From a virus, in the IMG/VR virus record IMGVR_UViG_3300028030_000009, positions 1 to 64,000 of that record: 64,000 nucleotides of DNA, one strand, 5' to 3'. The notes beneath the pieces were generated by a model. The model had not been told where the DNA came from. It searched no databases and saw nothing but the letters and a program-made list of their open reading frames with translations. Of the stretch, positions 17,669-27,703 are shown piece by piece. How positions within the stretch are numbered: the stretch's first letter is position 1; every line of letters begins with the position of its first letter. The position numbers were made by a program, and so were the translations under genes.

Positions 17669-17824
17669 AAGGAGGTATGAGTGGCAAAAAAATCGTGCGA
17701 CTCCGTACGGACTGCCCGGCACTTACACGCCCTTTTTAGGACGGCGGTTTTTTACCGCAAACGAATAGTAACAAAAAAATTTACATAGGTCAACATAGGA
17801 ACACTATAGAACAAAGAGTTGATG

Positions 17825-17833
17825 TGGTATAAT
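17825..17833 (+). promoter_or_regulatory. extended -10 promoter TGGTATAAT
   Basis: upstream of the 17865 start. Confidence 0.55.
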
Positions 17834-17864
17834 TTTCCAAATAAAAGTTCCACGGAGGATAACG

Positions 17865-18056
17865 ATGAGTCTCATCCTTGTAGTATGGGCAATCATTACA
17901 GTAGCGTTACTGGTTGCAATAAAATCAAGAGACGAAGAGCTTGGAGTGTATGGGGTTATCGCGGTTTGTTTTTGGCCAATGGCGCTAATAGCATATATCA
18001 TTCATATTGCAACACATACACTGTTTTTTAAGCAGCAGCACACACCGGCACTATAG
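17865..18056 (+). CDS. small two-TM membrane protein
   Basis: GGAGG RBS; two hydrophobic stretches. Confidence 0.6.
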   Translation: MSLILVVWAIITVALLVAIKSRDEELGVYGVIAVCFWPMALIAYIIHIATHTLFFKQQHTPAL

Positions 18057-18158
18057 AAGCACTCGAAGCATTATCCCCAGAAAATGGGAATCTTGTTATG
18101 TTTTTAACTTTTTTAGTGTAGAATACTGTCTATAAAATACAACATTAGGACGGGGCAG

Positions 18159-18773
18159 TTGTTTAGCATACAAAATGCGTATTCATCAGCGATATCAGCT
18201 CTCTATGGGTTAAAGAGAAAAGACCCGTGCCCTTATACTTTCAGACTGTTTGGCCCTGCGCACAACAAAAGAGTTGTATTTGGCCCAGCTCAGTGGGGAA
18301 TATCTGTTTCTGAAATAGAAAATAGAATGTGGCTAAAGTCGCATGGGTTTGATATGAACGATATAGACAGGATTGAGAAAATATTGATGCTTGGGTCAAT
18401 AAGGAGCGATGACAAATTATTTTTGTCTTCTATGAACAGGCGACTAAAAGAAAAACAGCTTCCAATAGACCTTGAGACAAAAAAATGGTGTGGACTTGAA
18501 CTTAAAAGAATCTCCTCAATACAAGGGCTTGATTTCGCAAAAAGCTCGAACCTCATTGGCGCTCTTACTCTATGGCACAACATAAAATACCGTATCGAAG
18601 AAGGCTCACAGTTTCACGATAGATGGGCTTATGTTTCTGGCAAAAAAACAGACGGTGGCGCCAGGTTTGTTGCAGAGTTTTTGCATTGGAAACTGCAGAG
18701 AGAAGTGGCCGACGAGGACATGCAAGATATTGTCAAACGCTATGGTATAATCTTAGACAGAGTAAAATTCTAA
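18159..18773 (+). CDS. hypothetical protein
   Basis: 204 aa ORF. Confidence 0.65.
   Translation: MFSIQNAYSSAISALYGLKRKDPCPYTFRLFGPAHNKRVVFGPAQWGISVSEIENRMWLKSHGFDMNDIDRIEKILMLGSIRSDDKLFLSSMNRRLKEKQLPIDLETKKWCGLELKRISSIQGLDFAKSSNLIGALTLWHNIKYRIEEGSQFHDRWAYVSGKKTDGGARFVAEFLHWKLQREVADEDMQDIVKRYGIILDRVKF
18743..18751 (+). promoter_or_regulatory. extended -10 promoter TGGTATAAT
   Basis: within the 3' end of the previous gene, upstream of 18788. Confidence 0.5.
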
Positions 18774-18787
18774 GCAGTAGGTAAACC

Positions 18788-19678
18788 ATGGCAACACAAC
18801 CAGATGAACTATTATCAAAAGGACCTAGGGTCGTCCCCCATGATGCATCAGTAAGAGTTGCGACACAAGACAGTTCAGACCCAAAAACACTATATGGATT
18901 TAACGCCCTTGGGAACATGGCGTTTGGCGCAGGGTCTCTAGTTTCTCCAGTATCAAAAAAGCTTGTTGCTGGCAGAAGGCATCCGTCGCTGTATTCCGCT
19001 GGACTGAGAACACGGAACCTTGTTCTTGGAGGACTTGCTGGAGCAGCACTATCTACTCCGTTCGACTACCTTCAGTCAAAGGCTGAAGAAAGATATAGAA
19101 ATGATAAGGATTTCAACGCAAAGCACTTTGGGGCAATCCTCCTCCCAGCACTTGCAAGCGGTACGCTTGGAACCGGCGTGATGATGAATACTATCGACAC
19201 CATGAAGCTTGGCAATCGTGTTGGGACAAAGAAGATGGTTGCTGGAATCCTTTCTCCGAAAAGAAACATTAAGAGAACACGTCGTGAAATGGGAAGCATC
19301 GCAAGAGCATTTAGGGGTAAAAATATAGGTGGAGCCCTGCTGGGCGCATTGATGTTGGGCTCAAGCCTTATAGGTCCAGCACAGTACGCATATAGGACGC
19401 TCAGAGGGAAAAAAGACGAAGAGCTTAAAAAAGAGGCGTCTGCTCGAAACACAAATGACATTCTTCGCTCGCTTAGGGCAATTAAAAACAAGCTTGGAAA
19501 ATCAGCGGCAGGCATTGACAAGAAAAAGTTTGACACTGGACTTGGGTACTTTATTCTTGCCAGTGGAGGACTTGCAGCAGGTGAAAGCTTGCGAAGAAAA
19601 CTAAGAAAGCAAGAGACGGTTTATCCAGACCAAGCTGTGTCGAAAAGCATGTTTGAGGGCGTAAGAGTATATACATAA
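18788..19678 (+). CDS. basic Gly/Ala-rich protein, putative internal/ejection protein
   Basis: 296 aa; Gly-rich hydrophobic helices, KKEA|S motif. Confidence 0.7.
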   Translation: MATQPDELLSKGPRVVPHDASVRVATQDSSDPKTLYGFNALGNMAFGAGSLVSPVSKKLVAGRRHPSLYSAGLRTRNLVLGGLAGAALSTPFDYLQSKAEERYRNDKDFNAKHFGAILLPALASGTLGTGVMMNTIDTMKLGNRVGTKKMVAGILSPKRNIKRTRREMGSIARAFRGKNIGGALLGALMLGSSLIGPAQYAYRTLRGKKDEELKKEASARNTNDILRSLRAIKNKLGKSAAGIDKKKFDTGLGYFILASGGLAAGESLRRKLRKQETVYPDQAVSKSMFEGVRVYT

Positions 19679-19687
19679 AGGACGAAT

Positions 19688-20665
19688 ATGGCTGAAAATA
19701 TAACTTTTGAGGATTTGAATACTTTTGCAGACGCACTAAAATATGCAGACACATTGCTTCGGACTGCTGAGAGTGGGGTAGAGCTTTCATATGATTTCAT
19801 CAGGTCTTATGACTACTATGGAACAGTTAGAATGGCTATCCCAAATGGCACTCCTCTTGAGGCTCCTACAGTCGTATTGAAGAATTACGATGTGTCAAAA
19901 TTTTATCAATATACTCCACAGAGCATGTCAAACTTCTTCTATCCGAAGTCTTCTGGAGCAATCCCAGGTGTTGTTGTTGAGGATGCTTCAGCAGAAACTG
20001 ATATGTCACTTCTAACAAAGCAGTACATCGAATCAAACTCAATCCTTGTTGACGGACAGTTCTACGCAGACTACTGTTCGTATTCAAGCAATGTTGCTGT
20101 TGATGAAAACAGCGACGATGCAACAGCTGCAAAACTATCCATCCTTGATACAATGTGCTACAAAGTTAATGAGACGATTCCTGTTGATTCTGACGACTGG
20201 AACGTTTCAATTAAAACATCAATGGCTATGATTTCAAAAGCCAAGGGTTCAAATGTTTTTGTGTTTAGGCTCGCATCAATCCCAAGCATAAGGGCCAGAA
20301 ATATTAATGTGGCGTCATCTACGTACACAATTGACTGGCTCACAAACGGCTACATCCAGACAGATGGAATTATTGCGCAGGACGCAGAGATAACAGAAGA
20401 AGCGTATGAGAGCTCAAACGTGGCAACAATAAAAGCACTATATGACAGCAGTCTGAAGACAGCTGGCTCAACACTTGAGCTTCACCTTGAAGCCCCAATA
20501 GGCATTGCTGCTGCAAAACAAAAAGTTAATGATTTTATGGAGATTTCTGGAGCAAACTGTGTATACGAAGGAGAGGACGCATTCCTCACAAGAGAAGAAG
20601 GGGTTGAGCTCGCTAAGTATTTGATTAGAAAGTTAGCTGGAATCAAGCTCGGAATCCAGGTGTAA
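19688..20665 (+). CDS. hypothetical acidic protein, possibly structural
   Basis: 325 aa, AAGGA RBS. Confidence 0.75.
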   Translation: MAENITFEDLNTFADALKYADTLLRTAESGVELSYDFIRSYDYYGTVRMAIPNGTPLEAPTVVLKNYDVSKFYQYTPQSMSNFFYPKSSGAIPGVVVEDASAETDMSLLTKQYIESNSILVDGQFYADYCSYSSNVAVDENSDDATAAKLSILDTMCYKVNETIPVDSDDWNVSIKTSMAMISKAKGSNVFVFRLASIPSIRARNINVASSTYTIDWLTNGYIQTDGIIAQDAEITEEAYESSNVATIKALYDSSLKTAGSTLELHLEAPIGIAAAKQKVNDFMEISGANCVYEGEDAFLTREEGVELAKYLIRKLAGIKLGIQV

Positions 20666-20691
20666 TCTAAAAAAAAATACAGCCACAAACA

Positions 20692-20708
20692 GCGGGCGAA
20701 TAGCCCGC
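20692..20708. terminator. terminator hairpin between convergent blocks
   Basis: GCGGGC-GAATA-GCCCGC; T-rich tail on the - strand. Confidence 0.6.
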
Positions 20709-20717
20709 GTCAAGACG

Positions 20718-21299
20718 TTACTTTCCGAAAATCTCTTCCAGCAGTTCGTCGATGTCTTTTTTGTCTTTTTTGGCTTGTACACCCTTGATGATGTCCACAA
20801 TAATCTGCATTACAGCACCGGGAATATCATCGCTGTCGTCGTTTTCGACAACCTTTCGCTCTGAGTGCTTTTTGATTTCTTCGACCTCTTTTACTTTTTC
20901 GATGCCCTTTTGAGAAAGCTCCCCAACTCCATAGTACAGAAGAGTCGCATTCTTTGACTTATCAATGAGCTCAATAAACTGTTTGGCCTCTTCTTCTGTT
21001 TCAAAGACGAAAGATTCGGTGTCCTCTTCAAAAAAGTTTACGACTTTGACGATATGATACTGCCGCTCATATTCTTCGTCTCTGCCGATAGGTTCTCCGT
21101 TTGCCTCAACCACTGTGTATTCCTCGGCGTCCTCTTTGTTGCATGCCTTCAGTTCAGATTTGCAAATCTTGATTCCATAGGGCTTTCCGTCTTCGTTTTC
21201 GCCTACACATACATAGTGACTGTCATCAACTTTTGTCACGACAAGCTCTTCCCCGTTTTTTACTTTGAAAATTGTGCCTTTTTTGAATTCGTTTTTCAT
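20718..21299 (-). CDS. hypothetical protein
   Basis: 193 aa acidic ORF. Confidence 0.7.
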   Translation of the reverse strand: MKNEFKKGTIFKVKNGEELVVTKVDDSHYVCVGENEDGKPYGIKICKSELKACNKEDAEEYTVVEANGEPIGRDEEYERQYHIVKVVNFFEEDTESFVFETEEEAKQFIELIDKSKNATLLYYGVGELSQKGIEKVKEVEEIKKHSERKVVENDDSDDIPGAVMQIIVDIIKGVQAKKDKKDIDELLEEIFGK

Positions 21300-21390
21300 C
21301 TTAATCCCCTTATATTTTGTTTTCGTTTTTTATATAAGCGCATTTATGCGCACCTTTTCCTGTACCTCGAACAATAATTGTTAAGTCAGC

Positions 21391-21588
21391 TCATTTTCTC
21401 ACCTCCTTGTGTTCTTTGTATTCAATTATCTTAGTGGTCATGAAGCCACGTCCATTCTTAACCCAGTTGTGGGCCTGTTTTCCGCTCCACGCCCAGAAGT
21501 CAGCCCACTCTTCATCACGAACGCCAAGAGACATATATAGCCTCTTGACGCCACCGGATATCTCTCCTTCTGGGCTTACTCCTTTGGG
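21391..21588 (-). CDS. -1 frame extension of the 21576..22436 gene (or an independent 47 aa ORF)
   Basis: open -1 frame starts at slippery C CCA AAG; VKRLYMSLGVRDEEWADF repeats VKNRLVSLGLNEEDFEEF. Confidence 0.5.
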   Translation of the reverse strand, partial: PKGVSPEGEISGGVKRLYMSLGVRDEEWADFWAWSGKQAHNWVKNGRGFMTTKIIEYKEHKEVRK

Positions 21589-22436
21589 AATTGAGTGTAA
21601 TACCCCTCGATGTCCTCCTTGATTACACTTTCTTCATCCTCTAGGTATGAATCTGGTTCAACATCAAAGCTGATTTTCATGTGCTCAATGAACTCTTCAA
21701 AATCTTCTTCGTTCAAGCCAAGCGAGACAAGCCTATTTTTTACCTGTGTCATCTTGTCACCAACATCGTCCTTTTGCAAGGCAGTATTCTCGCTGCTCTT
21801 GCTCTGAGACAAATCTTCGGTTACGTCGAAAGGGGGCTCTTCGCCGACCTCCTCATCAGTAGAAACATCTTCTTTTTCGCTCATTCCAACAGCATTCGCA
21901 ACGCACGAACCAGCGTCGATGACATCTTCTTGTTCATTATGCTCCTCCTGATTTGCCATTGGCTTCTCTGGCTTAGTCAAGTGTTCCTCCTCACAAGAAC
22001 TACTTTCCGACTGAGTGTCAACCTCTTTGTCTTCTTTTTTTTCGTTGGCGGCTTCGCTCTTGTTCTTTCGCTTTCTTCGAACAGGCTTTTTGCCTTCGGC
22101 AACAATAATCTCTTTTGCATCGTCAAGTGTCATTGGAACATACTCGCTAATAGTTCCGTTCTTGATTGCTTCCTCGGCTTCAGCCTTATCGACAACGACT
22201 GGGTCTCCAAAAGCTTTGGCCAGCACAAACTTGACTTCCCCTGAAATAAGCTTGTCGTACCATTTTGGAAGGCTTTTGCATACCCATCCTTCTTCCATCA
22301 GGTCTTTCATTTCCATAGGCTTTTTTGACTTCTTGTTTACGACGGCACCGTTAAGTAGTACGAACTCTGATTTTCCGTGAATAAGAATATCGCATTCTCC
22401 AGCAATAAGTTTTTCTACAGCGCTAAGCTTTGTCAT
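21576..22436 (-). CDS. hypothetical protein with acidic disordered linker
   Basis: start re-assigned to MTKLSAVEK (ATGA overlap). Confidence 0.7.
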   Translation of the reverse strand: MTKLSAVEKLIAGECDILIHGKSEFVLLNGAVVNKKSKKPMEMKDLMEEGWVCKSLPKWYDKLISGEVKFVLAKAFGDPVVVDKAEAEEAIKNGTISEYVPMTLDDAKEIIVAEGKKPVRRKRKNKSEAANEKKEDKEVDTQSESSSCEEEHLTKPEKPMANQEEHNEQEDVIDAGSCVANAVGMSEKEDVSTDEEVGEEPPFDVTEDLSQSKSSENTALQKDDVGDKMTQVKNRLVSLGLNEEDFEEFIEHMKISFDVEPDSYLEDEESVIKEDIEGYYTQFPKE

Positions 22437-22903
22437 CTTTTCCCCTTTTCTGTTATTTTTTTGTTTTTGTTGCAAATGCAATCGCTAGGCTTTGCGTCTG
22501 CGCATATTTGCGCACTGCATATATATCTTACAAGCCTATTTGCAAACCTAAGAGAGCCGAAATTGTCTGACGTGTTCCACATCATATTTTTCAGCTCGAC
22601 CATATGCCTCTTGCTTGCGTTTGTCTCTTCAAACTCACACCCGTAAACTGTAAGCATTGTAAGAAGAACCACACCTACGTTTATGTTGTCAATTGCAATA
22701 CCTGCTTCGGCAGATGCAAACTTGATTGCTTCTTTGGCAAAAGCAACACACTGCGTTGGCTCACCCACAGACGAATTCACCTCTTCAAGAACATCTTTTT
22801 TAAGAGCCTTGAACAGCGCCTTCTTCACTCTTTTGGCACTTCCATCTGGAGCGTTTATCGCATCAACAAGCATAAACGCAGCCGCAGACATCATGAACTT
22901 CAT
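22433..22903 (-). CDS. hypothetical protein
   Basis: 156 aa ORF. Confidence 0.65.
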   Translation of the reverse strand: MKFMMSAAAFMLVDAINAPDGSAKRVKKALFKALKKDVLEEVNSSVGEPTQCVAFAKEAIKFASAEAGIAIDNINVGVVLLTMLTVYGCEFEETNASKRHMVELKNMMWNTSDNFGSLRFANRLVRYICSAQICADAKPSDCICNKNKKITEKGKR

Positions 22904-22905
22904 GG

Positions 22906-23364
22906 TTAAAACGGAATTTCTTCTTCGTCTATATCGATTTCTGGATACTCAGGCTCGGCTGGCTGCTGGCTCTGTTGTTGCTGCTGTGGTTGGCTGCGTC
23001 CTCCATAGCCAGAGCTGCCACCTGTGCCACCGGAAGAATCTTTGCATGAAAGCATCTTGAACTCAGACACAACAATTGTGTGCTTTGAGCGCTTTGTGCC
23101 ATCGTTTGCAGTCCATTGGTCCTGATTTAGTCTACCAGAAATAAGAATCCGTGACCCCTTGCTGAGGTATTGGTTTGCTACCTCTGCGTTTCTTCCAAAA
23201 AACGTAATGTCAATGAATGTAGTTTCCTCCTTCTGTGTACCAGTGTTGTCTTTCCACTTTCTAGTCATGGCAATTGCTGAGTTTCCGATTGCGGTTCCGC
23301 TTGGTGTGTACTTGATTTCTACATCTCTTGTTAGATTTCCCATACCTATGAATTGGTTGAACAT
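22906..23364 (-). CDS. ssb: single-stranded DNA-binding protein
   Basis: GNLTRDVEIKYTPSG...AEVANQYLSKGSRILISGRL; acidic tail IDIDEEEIPF. Confidence 0.97.
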   Translation of the reverse strand: MFNQFIGMGNLTRDVEIKYTPSGTAIGNSAIAMTRKWKDNTGTQKEETTFIDITFFGRNAEVANQYLSKGSRILISGRLNQDQWTANDGTKRSKHTIVVSEFKMLSCKDSSGGTGGSSGYGGRSQPQQQQQSQQPAEPEYPEIDIDEEEIPF

Positions 23365-23392
23365 ATTATTTTACCTCCTTAGTTGGATTGAG

Positions 23393-23401
23393 AGTATACC
23401 A
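23393..23401 (-). promoter_or_regulatory. extended -10 promoter TGGTATACT for ssb
   Basis: upstream of the AAGGAGG RBS of ssb. Confidence 0.5.
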
Positions 23402-23425
23402 TATTTTACCTACGATAGGCAAACT

Positions 23426-23683
23426 TTACGGCAATTTCTCAATTTTTTTCACGTCATCTTTTTCGAATTGGTTGTCCGACGTTGCAATGATTGCATCATC
23501 ACCTATTTCCCCATTTGCCCATTTGGTTGCCGTATCAAAGTCCTTAAATAAGTAAAAACTAACCCCCTTATAATTGTATTCCGCTGGGCCTCCAGGCCAA
23601 ATCTCTTCAACCGTAATATTTGGCCGAATATACAAAACCTTCAGCTCATCAGTCTTCGTAGAAGTCGAACAGTGTTGCATCAC
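23426..23683 (-). CDS. hypothetical protein
   Basis: 85 aa ORF in array. Confidence 0.5.
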   Translation of the reverse strand: MMQHCSTSTKTDELKVLYIRPNITVEEIWPGGPAEYNYKGVSFYLFKDFDTATKWANGEIGDDAIIATSDNQFEKDDVKKIEKLP

Positions 23684-24047
23684 CTTCTCCTTTTTTGCAT
23701 TTTGATATTACAAGCTTTGCCTCTTTACTTTTCGCCCCATGCTGCAGAACAGCAGCGTAGAACTCTCGCTGGCATTTGTCGGAAAACTTTACCGCAACTT
23801 CTCGTATTGTCTTTATGCCAACAAGCTTCTTCTCAAGGCACAATTCCTTAACGACAGGAGTCTCATTTATTGCGATATCCTCAAGGTCCTCAAGGATATC
23901 CTTTACGCTCCTGATTCCCCTTGTTACGACCATCTTAAACAAGATAGCCTTCCATTCTGGCGGGACAAGTAGTCCATTTATGTCTGCAGCAATCCTTTGC
24001 AGTCGAAGCTGTTCGTGGTGCAGCTCCCTATTAAGATTATCTTCCAT
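23649..24047 (-). CDS. hypothetical protein
   Basis: 132 aa, AAGGAGG RBS. Confidence 0.65.
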   Translation of the reverse strand: MEDNLNRELHHEQLRLQRIAADINGLLVPPEWKAILFKMVVTRGIRSVKDILEDLEDIAINETPVVKELCLEKKLVGIKTIREVAVKFSDKCQREFYAAVLQHGAKSKEAKLVISKCKKGEGDATLFDFYED

Positions 24048-24061
24048 TGTTGTTCCTCCTT

Positions 24062-25660
24062 TTACAATAATTGGTGTTTTGCCGATTGTCTCTTTATTGC
24101 ATGGATTACTGCACGCTTTACAAAGCTGGAGTTTTCCATTGCAAGTAGCACGTCTCCACGAACTCCACCGATTCTGCTTCTATCAATCCCGTGCTTGCGG
24201 GTAAACTCAAGCGTCCCTGGCATACAGTTTCCACTCTCTACGCTATCGTCTATTCCAACGAATACGTGTGAAGCTCTTCGCATAAGCGCAGACTCTTCCT
24301 TTTTTTGCTTAGCCCGATTCTCAAGCTTCTTCTTGATTGTGTCGTAAAAGTCCTTAGGGCTTGACGAAAGTAGTTCTGCAAGCTCGAAGTGATATTCTTC
24401 ATCTTCGCATTTTACCGCAAACCTCTCTGCCGACAACGTTCCAAGGACAGGCGTTCTAACTAGCGAGCATCCGTCCTCCTCTGCCAGCTTTTTGATTATC
24501 TGCAGGTGCTTATATCTTCCAAAGATAACCAAGCTTTCGTCAGTATTGTCATAAATCAGTTTTTCAACAGCGTCCCTAACGGCATCCTCTGCGTCAATTG
24601 TGTACGACTCTATATTGTCCGCTATTGCCCGTTCAAGCTCATAAGAATCTTCGAACATTTTCCGCAAGGCCAACGGAGCTCCATTTTCTGCATCAAAGGC
24701 ATACCTTTCTGTCTCTCCAGCCACATCAAGAGAGTTTTTCGTGTCAATCAGAATCTCAACAGCTTTTTCTTGGGCCTTCTTGTCCTCAATGATATAGTAG
24801 ATATAGATAGGGTCTTCCTCTATTTCCCTCTCCCCGTCATCGTCGTATACCCACGAGATATATACCTCTTCCATTATGACGCTAAAGCCGACATACCAGT
24901 CCTTGCCTTTTCTTGCATAAATAGCGAGTCTCTCTTCGGTGTCGATGCTTTTGATTTCATCAATCATACAGTCAACGCCGCCAAGCTGCCAGAAATCATC
25001 AAGCACGCTCTCTGTTGCATTATAGACTCTGCCATCAACATATTCGGTGAACTCGCACGATTCATTAGTAACAAGTGAGTCGCCATAGAACAGATGATAG
25101 TCTCCGTCCCACTCGTTCTTGAAATACCCTGTACATTCCGGGTCGTCATAATCAGAATCCAATACATCCAACAGGCGCATCTGATTTCCTGCGGCTGTCT
25201 CCGCAAAGTGCATTGCATCAACAATCATCTCCTGCTGGCCGTCGAAATCTGTATCATACTCTCCGAAATCAAACTCTCCGAGATACTGAGGGACGCCACG
25301 AAAAGAAATATCATACAACTTATCAATGATTTCGTAAATCTTTTCTTCTGAGTCAAACTTGCCCAAAGAAGTTTCAAAGCTGTCGTATCCAAAATCATAG
25401 CTCTTGATTTTTTCGTCTTCCTCTACTGTCATAGAAGATACATACACATCTTTTCCGAGCCTATATGATGCCAGGAATTTCTTTATTCTATCTACAGCCT
25501 CTTCAGAATAGTCGTCCTCCTTGTGGTACTCGCTTTTTACTCTGAAATATGCCGGATAGATATCCTTGGTAGCGTATAGGTCAACAGCCTTATCGTTTCC
25601 ATTGTCACGAACAACAAACACCTCACCAAGATTTGAAATCTTTACCTCTCTATCAGTCAT
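24062..25660 (-). CDS. hypothetical acidic protein
   Basis: start MTDREVK with GGAGGAG RBS; C-terminal DSVESGNCMPGT motif. Confidence 0.75.
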   Translation of the reverse strand: MTDREVKISNLGEVFVVRDNGNDKAVDLYATKDIYPAYFRVKSEYHKEDDYSEEAVDRIKKFLASYRLGKDVYVSSMTVEEDEKIKSYDFGYDSFETSLGKFDSEEKIYEIIDKLYDISFRGVPQYLGEFDFGEYDTDFDGQQEMIVDAMHFAETAAGNQMRLLDVLDSDYDDPECTGYFKNEWDGDYHLFYGDSLVTNESCEFTEYVDGRVYNATESVLDDFWQLGGVDCMIDEIKSIDTEERLAIYARKGKDWYVGFSVIMEEVYISWVYDDDGEREIEEDPIYIYYIIEDKKAQEKAVEILIDTKNSLDVAGETERYAFDAENGAPLALRKMFEDSYELERAIADNIESYTIDAEDAVRDAVEKLIYDNTDESLVIFGRYKHLQIIKKLAEEDGCSLVRTPVLGTLSAERFAVKCEDEEYHFELAELLSSSPKDFYDTIKKKLENRAKQKKEESALMRRASHVFVGIDDSVESGNCMPGTLEFTRKHGIDRSRIGGVRGDVLLAMENSSFVKRAVIHAIKRQSAKHQLL

Positions 25661-26105
25661 TTTCTCCTCCGCAATCAATATCGTCAGGCAGAAGCTCTTT
25701 GGCTTCTTCACAGCTAATGCCAAATGTTTTTACTACTTTGTGTTCGACATCGATAAACCCATTTTCCTTCAGCCTCTTAACAACCTTATCAATATGGTGT
25801 TTTGCTGCCTCTGGAAATACCAAAGAAATCTTTTGGTCGGTAAGCTTGTTGACTCCGTCCTGCTTTACAAGCTTTGCCTCTTCCATGATATAGACAAGAT
25901 TGCTCTCGTCATCAACCCAATAGATATCTTCATCAAACGCATCTCTTGTAGAAAAGCTGTTTGCCAGATTTGCGATATGCTTAATACCGCTATCTCCATA
26001 TCCGAATCGCCTAATGTTTACGAGTATCCCATCTTCTCCGATGTGCATCATTCCATTCAGCCATCTCCCGTAGTAGTCATACGAATCCTCAACCAAAATA
26101 TACAT
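25653..26105 (-). CDS. hypothetical protein
   Basis: MYILVEDS start with GGAGG RBS. Confidence 0.65.
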   Translation of the reverse strand: MYILVEDSYDYYGRWLNGMMHIGEDGILVNIRRFGYGDSGIKHIANLANSFSTRDAFDEDIYWVDDESNLVYIMEEAKLVKQDGVNKLTDQKISLVFPEAAKHHIDKVVKRLKENGFIDVEHKVVKTFGISCEEAKELLPDDIDCGGEND

Positions 26106-26599
26106 TACAAATCCTCCATGCATGCTTCTTCGTCAGTTATGTTCTTAAACTTTGCAGCACAATCAGTGCATAGCACCTCGCCCTTCAGTCCAGAATCTTC
26201 GATTATTTTCTCACGACCCGCTGAAATATCCGATGTTTTTACAAACGCTGATGTAATCTTTCTGCATAGGCTACATTGTGCCTCATTTGTGTTGTCATCA
26301 GCTGGATTGACAACCGGATATGTGAGGCTTGGAACATCACTCCAGTCAACAAGAGCAAGGTCTGTATACCCAACAACATTTTCAAGATGTTTCAAAAGCG
26401 AGCCATGGCAATCAATTGCCGATTTTGTTGGGATTGTCTTGTCTCTGACAAACTCCCATGACGCAGCACTATGTTGCCCGACAAACTCATATGCCGTGAT
26501 AAAGCTAGAGCTTTCGTCATATTTGTCGTCAACAAAAATCGCCATAACATCACCCTTCAGCGGCTCCTCAATGTTTCTCACAAATAGCACACGTGTCAT
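26105..26599 (-). CDS. hypothetical protein with CxxC pairs
   Basis: YEFVGQHSAAS motif; CSLC/CTDC. Confidence 0.65.
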   Translation of the reverse strand: MTRVLFVRNIEEPLKGDVMAIFVDDKYDESSSFITAYEFVGQHSAASWEFVRDKTIPTKSAIDCHGSLLKHLENVVGYTDLALVDWSDVPSLTYPVVNPADDNTNEAQCSLCRKITSAFVKTSDISAGREKIIEDSGLKGEVLCTDCAAKFKNITDEEACMEDL

Positions 26600-27447
26600 T
26601 CTTTCTCCTTGTTTTTCAGTTTGTATGTTTTTCTGATTACCTCTTTGCCTTTTCCCTTCCAGTAAGGGTCTATCCATTTCGGCTTATGTATGCCTTCTTT
26701 GGAATACCACTGGTTTCTCCAGTGTCCTCGCACAATCCACGCCTTCGAATAATTTTTGGATTGCCCTTCTATAATTTCCGTATTTTCCGTATGTGCTTCC
26801 ATAGAGAGGGTAATGATTCTCTCTACATGCTTTGGTATTGCACGCTTTTTAGACGCCTTAACTCTTCGTGTCTTCTCGACGATTCGGCTCCTGTCGTTTT
26901 TGAACAGTGAGATGTACATGATTGCCGATAGGACTTTGTAGTACAATGCGTTCATTTCAGGATTTTTTACATTGGCTGTTGCATCGCCAAATGTCTTTGC
27001 TTCATAACTCGTATAGATAGTGTGGAGGCCGTCTTGCTCTTTCACGCACACAACGATGCCGTCATTAGGAATAACACCTTCTCTCTTCGCCTCTTCTGCC
27101 CAGTCTCCACGAAAGTCTCTAAGACGACCAACGAGCACTGTCTTGTTGTCTATGCTCATACTGAACGCTCTAAACGGCAGCTTAATGTCAGATGGCTTTA
27201 GCTTCTCGATTGTTTTTGCTGAGATGTCGCTACCCCAGTCTTCCTCATTTGCAATAACAAGTACATTCCCGCTCTTCTCAATAAGCGTTATTAGCTTTGC
27301 TGCTACAATGAGTGAGAAAATGTAGGCGGCTGAATCACCAAGCATGCTTTCGGCTACCGCGCTCATATCAGACACCGCCATTTCCTCGTCCATGCGGAAC
27401 ACGTTAAGCAAGGGAGCCGGTACGATTTTGTACATCGGATTAGCCAT
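26596..27447 (-). CDS. conserved-type phage protein (VRGHWRNQ motif)
   Basis: WIVRGHWRNQWY...KWIDPYWKG. Confidence 0.75.
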   Translation of the reverse strand: MANPMYKIVPAPLLNVFRMDEEMAVSDMSAVAESMLGDSAAYIFSLIVAAKLITLIEKSGNVLVIANEEDWGSDISAKTIEKLKPSDIKLPFRAFSMSIDNKTVLVGRLRDFRGDWAEEAKREGVIPNDGIVVCVKEQDGLHTIYTSYEAKTFGDATANVKNPEMNALYYKVLSAIMYISLFKNDRSRIVEKTRRVKASKKRAIPKHVERIITLSMEAHTENTEIIEGQSKNYSKAWIVRGHWRNQWYSKEGIHKPKWIDPYWKGKGKEVIRKTYKLKNKEKE

Positions 27448-27703
27448 CGCCGCCTACCTTTACGCGCTCAAGCATGCCATCCGTTTCTTTGTTGACAAAC
27501 TCAATCAGCTCCTCGCGAGATGCGAACAGAAGGCTCTCTTTTCTTTCGTAACCCATATCGTCGTCATCCACGACATAGTAACTTATGCTTGGGCGACCAT
27601 CCTTGATGTTTATGTTCACGGATTCCACTCTTACCACATCATACCCATAGGCGGTAATTGTGATAACAACATCGCCTGTGTTGTATTTTGTTTCTATTTT
27701 CAT
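27440..27703 (-). CDS. hypothetical protein
   Basis: MKIETKYNTGD...LFASREEL. Confidence 0.65.
   Translation of the reverse strand: MKIETKYNTGDVVITITAYGYDVVRVESVNINIKDGRPSISYYVVDDDDMGYERKESLLFASREELIEFVNKETDGMLERVKVGGDG

Noticed and set aside
17670-17800. tRNA or ncRNA in a GC-richer intergenic patch
   Set aside because: No cloverleaf or T-loop; only a short hairpin and a possible 30 aa ORF, too weak to call
25566-26636. 356 aa + strand ORF and similar antisense ORFs (9737..10471, 14944..15732, 63105..63701)
   Set aside because: Shadow frames of well-supported opposite-strand genes; no RBS or protein-like features
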